Below are positions 24,573-34,779 of a stretch of 64,000 nucleotides of DNA, piece after piece. The translations under genes were made by a program, and so were the position numbers. The DNA is from Dipteris shenzhenensis (Eukaryota): the NCBI GenBank assembly GCA_047967505.1, contig CM106538.1. One strand, written 5' to 3'. Numbering within the stretch: the stretch's first letter is position 1; every line of letters starts with the position of its first letter. The notes under the pieces are model-generated. The model saw only the letters and a list, made by a program, of their open reading frames with translations, ran no database searches and was not told the DNA's origin.

Positions 24573-27500
24573 TGTTGGGGTAAAGGCACATTGCCACCCC
24601 TTTATTAAAGTTAAGACATCTATGACTGTCTTAAGACAGTCATAGGATAAAACCTAATCCTAATAAAACTAATGAGTTTGTGGTGTGGCTCATCACTTCA
24701 CACCCGCACATTTGGAGTTCTCTCTCTTTCTCACTCTCTCCCTCTTGCTCTTCTTCCCCCTTCAGGCCCTTCAACTGGTATCAGAGCCTACCTCTCCTAC
24801 TCTCCCTACTCCACTCCCTACCCTAGCCTAACCACCCCCTCAACGAACTCCTCAACCTAGCATCTGCAGCAGGGCCAGGCGACGCTGAACAGCGCCAGCA
24901 GCTGCAACAGCAGCTGCTAGCCGCTACAGCTGCGAGCAGGCAGGGCGGCAGCGCTGTGAGCAGGCAGGGCGGCGGCGCATCGCGCAGGGCAGGGCGGCGC
25001 AGCAGCGCGCCACTTCGCAGGGGGCAGCGCATCGCGCAGGCGCAGGCTCCTTTCGCGCGCCGTACATCCGTACGGACGGCCCTGTGCCGTACAGTACAGA
25101 CTACCGTACTGTACGCTGACAAGCCCTTCAACTGAGCAGGGAGCTGCTTCCGATTTTTGCAGCAGGGAGGTACATTTTTTTTTCGGGATCTGTGTCAGAG
25201 GATACTTTTCTCCTTAGATCTGGCTTTTGCACAGGTACAGCAAGTACAAAAGTACAACAGGTACATTTTTTGTTTGGGGAAGAAAGAGAGGAGAAAGAGC
25301 ACTCTGCTCTTCATTCCTCTTGATTCAGGATCATCTTTCAGTTCACAGAACTGTGTTTTCTTGAAAGTACAGCAAGTACCTTCATTTACCTCGTGCTTGA
25401 GGAAAAGAGAACCACAGTGTGTGGTTGATTGCACAGTTATTTTGTTCAGGGAAGGTAATGCCTTGATTTTGCAAGAGGACATATGCTTTTACTAGGTTTG
25501 AATCTCAGTTTACAGGTGAGCAGATCATAGGGCTTTTGCCCGGCAGGTGATCCTTTGTATGCCTTGAGGCAGTGTGGTGCCAGAGAGCACACATTTGTCT
25601 TGATTTCCGCAGTGTCGAGGTGACATTTTCTTGCAGGTCACATTTCTTGTGCAAAACTCAGAGAACCTCAGTTGAGCCACGCTTGGCCAGGGCGCATCGA
25701 GTTTACTCGGTCCCTAACTGTCCATCGTTGACAGTGCTCAAAAGGTTCCTCATTGAGTGTTTGTACGTTGGGATCTGTGTATGTCATTTTTACACAGGAC
25801 AGTATATGCATTACACTGTTGGTTGATTTTGTCAGAGAGACTTTCATATTGCATACTACCTCAGTGTTGAGGTGTTTTTCACTTGGTTCAGGTGTCAGAT
25901 CAAGGGGCTTTTGCCCAGATTTTGTTTGATAGCACTTGGGTCACCGACAGAGATCTTCAGATGCATTTTATCCCCTTGGCAGAAGGGTGATTGCTTGGGA
26001 TTTATCCCATTTTCTGTTGCAGGTTTTGTGACAGGCTGAAGTGTCATTTTTTTTTGGGTGTTTGCCAAGTGGTTTATGCATATTAACTCAGTGCAATACC
26101 TCATCTGAGGTGGGAGAAGTGATCAGTACAGCCAGTACAGCAGTGTTTGTGCCTTGTCAGCTGATTATGCACTGTTAAGCACTTGTTGAGCAGCTGCAGC
26201 ATTCTGAAATTACTGTTTATGCCTCTTTGAGCACGGTACAGTGTGTCAGAAGGTACAGTATTTGCAGGGTCATTTACTGTTTTGCTGCAGATTTTCCTGA
26301 CAGTAAAAAACAGCACTATTGTGAGTGCTCCTGGCTCTTAATAGAGCAGGTTTTTTTTCTGAGAAATCAGAATTTTTATTCAGTCTTTTTACTTCCAGTG
26401 AGTCAGATACTTTCCTTATCTGATATGGCATCAGGGGGAAGTGATTCTTCAATTCTGAACATAAAGAAACTGGAAGGAGCACACAATTATGCATTATGGG
26501 CAGAACAGTGCTTGAATGTACTTCTATTAAAGAAGATTTCTAAGCCCATAAGGGTGAAGGGTGTCAAGCCATCTGACATGGCAGCTGATGACTGGGAAGA
26601 GCTTGATTTGTCCGCAAGGGCAGCTATCATGCTCACTATTTCTGACACTTTTGTGTTCAATGTTCAGGCTGAAAAGACCTCTTATGGTCTATGGCAAAGG
26701 CTAGAAGAATTGTATGCCCAAAAGAGCTCAGCCAGTAAGGTTTATTGGTTGAAGAAGCTGGTTGATCTTCGCATGAAGGAAGGTACAGCTATGACCTCAC
26801 ACTTGAGTGAGTTCAATGCCATCTTTACACAGCTGATTGCACAGGGATTGAATCTTGATGAGGAGTTCAAGGCTACTTTCTTGCTGTGTACCCTCCCTGA
26901 GAGTTGGGACACTTTCAAGACCACCCTGTCAAATTCGAATGTCACTCTTATTTATGCTGATGTAGAGAGCTCTCTCCTTATGGAGGAAATGAGCAGGAAG
27001 AATAATGCGAGCAGCAAGTCTTCAAATGCCTTGCAGGTACAGGATAGAGGCAGGACTCAGCAGAAGGGGAGATCTGCTAGTGAGTCCAAATCCCGCAGTC
27101 AGTCCCGTGGCAAAAAGGATATTGAATGCTTTTATTGTGGCAAGAAGGGACATGTGAAGTCTAAGTGCTTCAAGTTCATACGGGATCAGAAAGCCAAGAA
27201 AGCTGAAACAAAGGATGCAAGAAATGGAAGCAAAGGCAAAGGCAAGGCCAAGGCAGATGACTTGGATGCCGTGAATGTTGCAGCAGAGGACAGTGACAGT
27301 GACATACATGATGTTTTATGCTCTTCTGCTGTAATAGCACATGCTTTGGTTATTGATGGCCATGACATGCACACCTGGCTCTTGGATTCAGGTGCTTCTT
27401 TTCATGTTACTCCTCATAGGGAGTGGTTTACTTCCTACACAGGTACTCATGGAGTTCTTCATCTTGGGAACAACTACGCATGTCAGATTGCAGGGATTGG

Positions 27501-30500
27501 CAGTATACAGATAGTATTTTCTGATGGACGCATATTCATGCTTGATGGTGTCCGCCATGTGCCGCAAATCAAGAAAAATCTGATTAGCACTGGCTTATTG
27601 GATGACAGTGGTTACCACACCACATTTGGGGATTCCAAATGGGTGATTACTGATGGCCAGGCTATAGTGGCTGAGGGTTTTAAGAGTGATACCTTGTACC
27701 CTCTTTATGTTTCCAGTGTGGGTAATCATGTTGTTGCCATAACCGAGCTGCCAAAGGTTTCATTGTGGCATAGCCGGTTGGGACACACGTCTGTTAAAGG
27801 AATGCAAGAACTGTCACGTTTGGGTTATCTGCCGTCTCTTTCTTTTTCAGATTTGCCTACTTGTGATCATTGCATATTTGGCAAGCATTCTGTGACTCCT
27901 CATAAGAGAAGAACTCCCCAGAATAGAGCACCACTTGATCTAGTGCACACTGATTTGTGTGAGATGCCACAGTTATCACTAGGGGGTGCAAAATATTTTA
28001 TTACTTTCATTGATGATGCCACACGCAAAGTGTGGGTCTATTTCTTGAAGCATAAGGGCGATGCCTTAGATGCTTTCAAGAAGTTTGTCGCTCAGGTTGA
28101 GAATCGGACAGGTTGCAGGCTGAAATGCCTCAGATCCGATAATGGGGGTGAGTATGTGTCACATGCTTTTGTGCAGTTTTGCCAAGCTAAGGGCATCAAA
28201 CAGGAACTCACAGCTCCTCATAATGCATCTCAAAATGGTGCAAGTGAGCGGATGAATCGAACTATTCAGGAGAAGGTTCGATGTATGTTGTCTTATGCTG
28301 CATTACCCCATGGCTTTTGGGCAGAAGCCGTGCAAACAACAGTTCACATTATTAACAGGTCGCCAAACAAGGCTTTGGAGTTGAAAGTGCCAGAGGAGGT
28401 GTGGTCTGGCAAGCCACCTTCATATAAGCACTTACGTGTATTTGGCTGCGAGTGCTTTGCTCATGTACGCAAAGAACTGCGCACCAAACTGGATCCAAAG
28501 TCTATCAGATGCATCTTTATGGGTTATGGTGACGAAGGTGAAATGGGGTACAGGTTATGGGATCCCGTTAAACGGAAGATTATACGCAGCAATGATGTCA
28601 TCTTTAAAGAGGATAGTGTACACAAGGAACCCGTGCAACCTGTGGAATACAAGAGCATTATTTATGATGATGTTGGACAGCAAAGAATGCCCATTTATAT
28701 GCAGCAGCAGACTGCTGCAGATAACCCTGTTCAAGAGGGTATACAGGCTGAAAATCAGCCAGATAATTTTGCCAATGATGCACCACTGGATATGCCAGCA
28801 GATGGGGCTGTAGAACAGCCAGATATGGTGGTACAGCCACCCGTCATGCATGAAGAACAGGCTGGACAGCAGCCTAATCCGGAACATTTTGTTAGGAGGA
28901 GCACCCGTGTACAACGACCTCCTGCCAGGTTTGTTCCAGGAGCCAATAATGTGGCTGATTTTATCATGCTGACAGATTGTGGTGAGCCTTCCAGCTTCAA
29001 GGAAGCTATGGGAAGAACAGAGAAAAAGAAGTGGGAGAAAGCCATGCAGTCAGAAATGGACTCCCTACTTCAAAATGATACATGGGACTTGGTGCAGTTA
29101 CCTGCAGGCAGAAAGGTTTTGCCATGCAAGTGGGTTTACAAAGTCAAAGTGGATTCAAATGCTTTACCGAGGTATAAGGCCAGATTGGTTGCCAAGGGAT
29201 TTAAGCAGGAGAAGGGCATTGACTTTGATGAGATCTTTTCCCCTGTAGTCAAGATGACTACTTTGAGAGCAGTGTTAGCTCTTGTTGCTCATGACGACAT
29301 GGATTTATGTCAGATGGATGTGAAGACAGCTTTTCTTCACGGAGATCTCCATGATGAGATCTATATGAGTCAACCAGAGGGATATGCTGTTAAAGGGAAA
29401 GAGCAGCTTGTGTGTAAGCTCAAGAGGAGCTTGTATGGACTCAAGCAGGCGCCAAGAGAATGGTACAAGAAGTTTGATGCCTTCATGCAGTCCCAAGGGT
29501 ATCATAGGTGTGAGACCGATCATTGCTTGTACACCAAACGGGCAAAGGATGGCAGTTTGATGCTACTCATGCTATATGTGGATGACATGCTTATTGCCAG
29601 TAAATCTCAGCATGAGATTAGTGCTTTGAAGAAACAACTGCATAAGTCTTTTGACATGAAAGACTTGGGTGATGCAAATCATATTCTTGGCATGCGGATT
29701 ACTCGTGACAGGTCCAAGGGACTTTTGTTTCTGTCACAGAAAGAGTACATTGACAAAATACTGCAGCGCTTTAAAATGGAGGGGGGGAAGTCTATTAGTA
29801 CCCCGTTGCCTCCACATTTAAAACTCAGCAGTAAAGACAGCCCCAGATCAGATGATGATAAGGCTGAAATGGCCAAAATTCCGTATGCATCTGCAGTTGG
29901 ATCTTTGATGTATGCCATGGTTGCCACTCGTCCGGATATTGCTTTTGCGGTGGGAGTCATCAGCAGGTATATGGCAAATCCAGGCAAGAGGCACTGGGAA
30001 GCAGTGAAAGGTGTCTTGAGGTATCTCAAGGGTACCAAAGACTTGTGCACATGCTATGGTAGGCAGGATGCATTGGTGCATGGTTTTACAGATTCAGACT
30101 ATGCAGGGAATGCATATAACCGGAAGTCTACTACCGGTTATATTTTCACATTTGCAGGAGGTGCTATATCATGGGTGTCTCGGTTGCAGAAATGCATTGC
30201 ACTGTCAACTACTGAAGCTGAATATGTTGCAGCCACTGAGGCTTGCAAGGAAGCAATATGGCTTACTCGGCTGGTGGGAGACTTGGGCATTACAGGAGAT
30301 ATGCCGGTTTTGCATTGTGATAGTCAGAGTGCTATCATGTTGGCAAAGAATCCGGTCTTTCATCAGAAGACCAAGCACATAGATGTGAAATATCATTTCA
30401 TCAGGGAGGTACTGGAAGACAAGCGACTTGAGCTTGTGAAAGTGCATACTGATGATAATCCTGCAGATTTGCTCACTAAGAGCTTGCCTACTGAGCGGTT

Positions 30501-30834
30501 TGCACATTGCCATCACATCATGGGATTAGGATGAGACCATTCTTATTTTATGGTCCTGTATACAGTAACTGTATATTGCTGTAATTTTTATTCTTTTCTC
30601 CCCTTTAGGCACATTGGCCTTTAGGTGGGAGGTTGTTGGGGTAAAGGCACATTGCCACCCCTTTATTAAAGTTAAGACATCTATGACTGTCTTAAGACAG
30701 TCATAGGATAAAACCTAATCCTAATAAAACTAATGAGTTTGTGGTGTGGCTCATCACTTCACACCCGCACATTTGGAGTTCTCTCTCTTTCTCACTCTCT
30801 CCCTCTTGCTCTTCTTCCCCCTTCAGGCCCTTCA
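24573..30834 (+). mobile_element. Intact, very recent Ty1/Copia LTR retrotransposon (6,262 bp; Tnt1/Tork-like)
   Basis: LTRs 24573-24773 and 30634-30834 (201 bp, TG..CA, identical by eye); TSD TTAAC (24568-24572 / 30835-30839); PBS TGGTATCAGAGC 24776-24787; PPT AGGTGGGAGG just before the 3' LTR; uninterrupted polyprotein. Confidence 0.98.
26425..30534 (+). CDS. Copia Gag-Pol polyprotein (1,369 aa from MASGG)
   Basis: CCHC CFYCGKKGHVKSKC, protease LDSGAS, HHCC plus integrase D-D-E (HTDLC/SDNGGEY/SERMN), RT YVDD, RNase H TDSDYAG..EAEY..CDSQSA..ADLLTK. Copia domain order. Confidence 0.97.
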   Translation: MASGGSDSSILNIKKLEGAHNYALWAEQCLNVLLLKKISKPIRVKGVKPSDMAADDWEELDLSARAAIMLTISDTFVFNVQAEKTSYGLWQRLEELYAQKSSASKVYWLKKLVDLRMKEGTAMTSHLSEFNAIFTQLIAQGLNLDEEFKATFLLCTLPESWDTFKTTLSNSNVTLIYADVESSLLMEEMSRKNNASSKSSNALQVQDRGRTQQKGRSASESKSRSQSRGKKDIECFYCGKKGHVKSKCFKFIRDQKAKKAETKDARNGSKGKGKAKADDLDAVNVAAEDSDSDIHDVLCSSAVIAHALVIDGHDMHTWLLDSGASFHVTPHREWFTSYTGTHGVLHLGNNYACQIAGIGSIQIVFSDGRIFMLDGVRHVPQIKKNLISTGLLDDSGYHTTFGDSKWVITDGQAIVAEGFKSDTLYPLYVSSVGNHVVAITELPKVSLWHSRLGHTSVKGMQELSRLGYLPSLSFSDLPTCDHCIFGKHSVTPHKRRTPQNRAPLDLVHTDLCEMPQLSLGGAKYFITFIDDATRKVWVYFLKHKGDALDAFKKFVAQVENRTGCRLKCLRSDNGGEYVSHAFVQFCQAKGIKQELTAPHNASQNGASERMNRTIQEKVRCMLSYAALPHGFWAEAVQTTVHIINRSPNKALELKVPEEVWSGKPPSYKHLRVFGCECFAHVRKELRTKLDPKSIRCIFMGYGDEGEMGYRLWDPVKRKIIRSNDVIFKEDSVHKEPVQPVEYKSIIYDDVGQQRMPIYMQQQTAADNPVQEGIQAENQPDNFANDAPLDMPADGAVEQPDMVVQPPVMHEEQAGQQPNPEHFVRRSTRVQRPPARFVPGANNVADFIMLTDCGEPSSFKEAMGRTEKKKWEKAMQSEMDSLLQNDTWDLVQLPAGRKVLPCKWVYKVKVDSNALPRYKARLVAKGFKQEKGIDFDEIFSPVVKMTTLRAVLALVAHDDMDLCQMDVKTAFLHGDLHDEIYMSQPEGYAVKGKEQLVCKLKRSLYGLKQAPREWYKKFDAFMQSQGYHRCETDHCLYTKRAKDGSLMLLMLYVDDMLIASKSQHEISALKKQLHKSFDMKDLGDANHILGMRITRDRSKGLLFLSQKEYIDKILQRFKMEGGKSISTPLPPHLKLSSKDSPRSDDDKAEMAKIPYASAVGSLMYAMVATRPDIAFAVGVISRYMANPGKRHWEAVKGVLRYLKGTKDLCTCYGRQDALVHGFTDSDYAGNAYNRKSTTGYIFTFAGGAISWVSRLQKCIALSTTEAEYVAATEACKEAIWLTRLVGDLGITGDMPVLHCDSQSAIMLAKNPVFHQKTKHIDVKYHFIREVLEDKRLELVKVHTDDNPADLLTKSLPTERFAHCHHIMGLG

Positions 30835-31789
30835 TTAACATCACTCCAGACTTTCTCTCTAGGCCCACCTCTATGATGGTTGCTCAAATGTGCCCATAGA
30901 TAAAATCTTGTTGCTCGCTCTCACATCATAGCAATCAACAGCCCGCAAGAAGTGTGCACCTAGACAAGAGGAAACCAAGATATTAACAATGCTTCTCTTC
31001 TTAACATCACTCCATCCACCAGAAAGTATGCTCCATCCATACTTCCTCTATGCCTCCTTAAATAGATTGAAGTAAAAGATTGATTCTTTGCATTTGATCA
31101 TCAAGCATGTTCGTGCAAATCTTAGTATCTTGCAATCCAATCCAATCCAATCCCCTGCTGATCACACCTCCACAACGGCTTTCATCATTTTTTTCCATTG
31201 TCATGTGCTCAAGACATTGAATGAGAGCACAATCCACAATTGTTTACCAATCTCAAACTTCTCTTTCTGCCAACTCGCGGAAGCAAGCCTCCCAGGCAAA
31301 GTTATTTGTGATGTGTATGACAAACCTGCATCATTCCTTGGCCTCTTTCCTATATATGTAGGGTGGGATGAAACAATGGTACTACCCACTAGAGTATCCA
31401 TGCCAATTGTCTCTATCTCCTCGACATCGTCAAAAAGAAGACCATGAGGAGTAACAATAAGCACAAGAAAGTCATCATCAAACTACCCTGCATACTCATG
31501 CAAGATCTCATCTAAATCCTCCTATGAGATCACAATGCACCCTTAATTCCCTTTCCACCCCATTTAGACATGTGGCGCAAGACACACGTAAGTGTACTTA
31601 CAAAAGAAAACAAGAGAATCATGAGTCTAGATTCCAAATAATATAAGGATTCTGGAACACGATATATATTTTATCATGTAGATTTCAATTATGTAAATAG
31701 AAGCCTCGTGAATCCATTGTCCTTACCTCTTGCGATGTTTGAATTTAGACTCGCCACGATAGGAAAGCCAAGAAACAAAAGAGAGCAAG

Positions 31790-32240
31790 ATTGCAAACAA
31801 TAGGCTGCAGGCTGAAGCTGGCTGTTGAGAGCTGAGTGGAGTCCAGTAGACTGTGGAAGAAGGGGGCAGAAGGGAGCTGAAGGGGGCAGCGGGCTGAATG
31901 GATGGGCTGTCATGGATTCTGAAATAGGGGGCAGCGGGCTGATTTCTGAAGGCTGAAATAGGAATGCAAGGCTTAAGGAAGAGGGGGCTGAATGAAGAGG
32001 TGAAGGAGAGGAAGATGAGGATACAGAGGGGAGGAGGGGGGTAAGGATGGAGAGTGGAGGATGTGGTGTGGAAAGAGCTAAAGGAAGAGAGTGGAGAGCT
32101 ACAGGGAGTGGGAGAGAGAGCTGAAGGAAGTGGAGAGCTGACAGGAGTGGAGAGGAAGTGGAGAGCTGGCTGCTGAAGGGAGTGGACTGCAGGGAGCAGA
32201 AGAGAGGAGGCCACTTAAGGAGCTGAAGGGAGTGGCCTGC
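31790..32240. repeat. Degenerate GA-rich minisatellite (GCTGAAGGGAGTGGAGAG-like)
   Basis: Repeated motif visible; probably the 5' region of the hAT element. Confidence 0.65.
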
Positions 32241-32930
32241 AGGCCAAGGTAGGAGCTCAAGGCTGGAGCAGAGGCAAAATGGATGCTGCAGCAGCAGACG
32301 CGACACAAACAGGCAAAAAACAGGCCCAACAGCTTCTATAGAAACACAGGCAGAAACCGCCATACGACGTACGGTATGGGTACAGTACAGTATAAGGTAC
32401 TTGTACCAAAACTACCCTGGATTTCTGTAACTACTGGCTAGTAATACCTTAAAAGTCTACAGTACTCGCAAAATCATTGGGCATATATAGGCATACAACA
32501 GTACTTTCCAAAATCATTGGGCATCATACACATTGTAAGAAGTCATTTTGTGACTTTTTAGCTTGCATAGTTTCAGCATACTAAAAGGATGCAGAGCATA
32601 AATTTGCATGTTTGAGACCCAAAAGTACAAACTGAATTTTTGAAACTACCCCTGTTTTTTTGAAACGTTTCACCTTCCAAAGTATTGGAAAGTCTCTTTG
32701 AGATATGGTCATAAGCAGCATGAGCTCCAAATGGGTTTGGTCAAGAGAAATAGGGGGAGATTTATGTCAAACCATGTACTACAACCAAAGAAACAATGAC
32801 AGAGACACAAGGATAGAACAGGAGGAATAATTTTGCGAAGTGTTAGTATTTCCTTATTTTAAGACCAAATTGACATTCATCACTCTTCTTATTGAGATCT
32901 ATGAAACTTCCAAGAGTGCTCTCATCGAAA

Positions 32931-33970
32931 TGTGATGCTTTCAATTCTCATCCTCCTGTTCCATCATTGTTCTTCCCCTTCTTGGACTTGCCTCTCAATT
33001 AGGCATTCAATGCATTCTCACCATGGTTCCCTCAAAAACTGAAGCGTCTGCCCTCATTAATCAATACCCCGCTCTCGTGCGATTGGTCTAAATCTCTCTG
33101 CTAGTCCCTAAGGGCAGGATGTGAACAAGTCTAACAAAGGCTAGGTATATAAGCAAGATGAAACCGAAGCTAGCATTGAATGGGATCTAAACACATTTAC
33201 AAAGTGAGGATAGCTAGGGTAGTCAAGCCTATTGTAAGCTAAGACTGTCATAGTTGTGATCCTTAGGACTATGTCATAGGATTTAGGGCACCTCGGTGCT
33301 AGGCCACGGGCCTCAAATATTACAGGAAGAGGGCCTCATATTACTCTTTCTTGGGAGACATACTTCCCAAGAAAGATGTATTGGAAGCGGGTTGCCTCAT
33401 AGGACATCTCTGCAACAACATCGTCACCCACAAGGGTAAGGGTTTCACTGGCTCTTACTCTGGAGCGTGGGACCTACTGCTAGGTAGGCCCCTATATAAG
33501 GGCAGGTCAGGCACCTAGTGCTGATAGTTCAGCCAAATAAGGCTCTTGGATCGCCAGTGTGTAAACTGCGTCTGGAAAATGGCCGCCATCCCTCTCGCCT
33601 GTAATTAAGACCCTCAGCCATTCTACCCTTACTTCCACTCAAGCCTGACAGTAGGCACTTCAGGGAGGACTTCCAGCAGTCATACACAGTTATATAATCA
33701 CAGTTTTGCTGCCACCTTGGCTGCCTACATGAGCCTCTTTAATTTAGTCCATGTTTGCGGAGCTTTACTATGATATTTTGGCTGGTCTATCCTGTTGCAT
33801 ATTTCCAGGTCTGAGTGTTGCCTCTTGTATTCTCTTCTGTGCACATGGTCAGTGAGATCTAGAGAATTGTGAGATCTCTTTCGTGCAACATTCCGCTATG
33901 AGGGTTGGCACAGGCTTTCTGCCCTGATTTCTGATGAGGTCTCTGATTTTCAATCAGATTATGGCATCTT
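32931..33970 (+). mobile_element. Probable solo-LTR-like fragment in the SINA intron
   Basis: Starts TGTGATGC, has an internal CCCTATATAAGGG TATA motif at about 33490, and ends near GGCATC. No TSD confirmed. Confidence 0.4.
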
Positions 33971-34201
33971 CAAATACCATGTAATTCAAACAGAGCTTAA
34001 GACTGATACACCATTGTAAAATATATTACTGCGGGTGTGCCTAATCACGAGCCTCAGACATATTTCGCATGGCATGTGTACACCTCGTGTGTACGACCTG
34101 TTGTTATCACATAAAATTACATAAATTTTCAACAATGTATTATTCACATAAAAATCAATTCATGCATGGTGATCAACCAGACCAATCAAATAATAACCCA
34201 C

Positions 34202-34408
34202 CTGGTGAATTGGGGGATACATAGAATTAGTGCAGACTGGACATTCAAGCAGCTCCCGCACACTGCTGTTTGTGGATTCGCCCAATTTTACCAGTGTGAC
34301 CTGGGAAAACTTTGGCAATAATGGGTCTGCTGCCAATGCACTCGATGTCACCTCATAATCTACTTCTGGTGGGTCTGGGACCTCCACCGAGAAGCCTCCT
34401 GGTGCCAT
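34202..34408 (-). CDS. SINAT2: SINA E3 ubiquitin ligase, coding exon 1
   Basis: MAPGG...DYEV...VRELLECPVCTNSMYPPIHQ, matching the SINAT1/2 start MAPGG and the RING start. Donor CAG|GTGGGT at 34201 joins exon 2 in frame across an 18,255-bp intron (15947-34201). Spliced protein is 304 aa. Confidence 0.95.
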
Positions 34409-34612
34409 GTCAGCTCCACAAAGCTGCTGTTCTTCTAGAATCTCAAACAACATGACAATGCTGGTGAGAGTCTAATTCTCCATGAACTATAATAACAGCT
34501 AGTGATATTAAAGCATTAGAAATGTCACAAATTTCCAACTTGGATGCTCATCTAGTACACTAAACTCAGATGATACCCCATTTGTCTTTCAGAGGATTTA
34601 AAGGGTCCTCAC

Positions 34613-34779
34613 CTGAGTAAGCCAGGCATACAAGGAAATATTGTCAAAGGAGGTCACTCTCTTGCTGCAAATTACAGTGAATCTGCTATGTTCAAATACC
34701 TTGATAAACCTTGCAGCGTGTGGAGACTTGAGGCCTTGATGAATCTCCTCGCACAATTTGTGAATCCAAGACTATTCCC
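34613..34779 (-). other. Putative non-coding 5' UTR exon of the SINA gene
   Basis: Bounded by acceptor TTTTATTTGTTACAG| (34780) and donor CAG|GTGAG (34612). The next acceptor TTCTAG| (34435) is 26 nt upstream of the MAPGG ATG. Confidence 0.6.

Larger units (their letters stand above)
17600..31500 (-). mobile_element. Decayed hAT-superfamily (DUF659-type) transposase, split by LTR insertions
   Basis: Motifs in order on the minus strand: IVLSFNVLS (about 31.2 kb); GWSDVKKRSIVNILVSSCLGAHFLRAVDC (31.0 and 24.5 kb); FDLLMDDIGKLDWV (24.3 kb); WWETYG..LALRVL (23.45 kb); then an intron whose AG|GAT junction continues as DCSSGA..NWS (dimerisation motif) left of 18217. Possible termini near 16.9 and 32.4 kb share inverted TACCGTACGT motifs, but no TIR/TSD pair was verified. 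Confidence 0.8.

Noticed and set aside
24776-24787. tRNA-Met gene
   Set aside because: Only the 12-nt primer-binding site; no tRNA or rRNA genes were recognised in the window.
26227-26424. N-terminal 66 aa of the 1,435-aa ORF
   Set aside because: Begins at a TTG in leader sequence; gag homology, including the relative at 62898, starts at MAS.
24423-31014. Flanking 159-bp direct repeat as an extended LTR or giant TSD
   Set aside because: The true TG..CA ends, PBS, PPT and 5-bp TSD lie inside it; the repeat encodes hAT motifs and has five mismatches.
31689-32363. 224-aa Ser/Pro/Leu-rich ORF
   Set aside because: Translation of a CT-rich minisatellite.
16880-32437. Exact hAT termini (TIR plus 8-bp TSD)
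   Set aside because: Inverted TACCGTACGT motifs are suggestive, but no convincing TIR pair or TSD could be read.
34409-34453. Upstream ATG (MLFEILEEQQ...) as the SINA start
   Set aside because: It lies upstream of a likely acceptor at 34435; SINAT1/2 homologues start at MAPGG.
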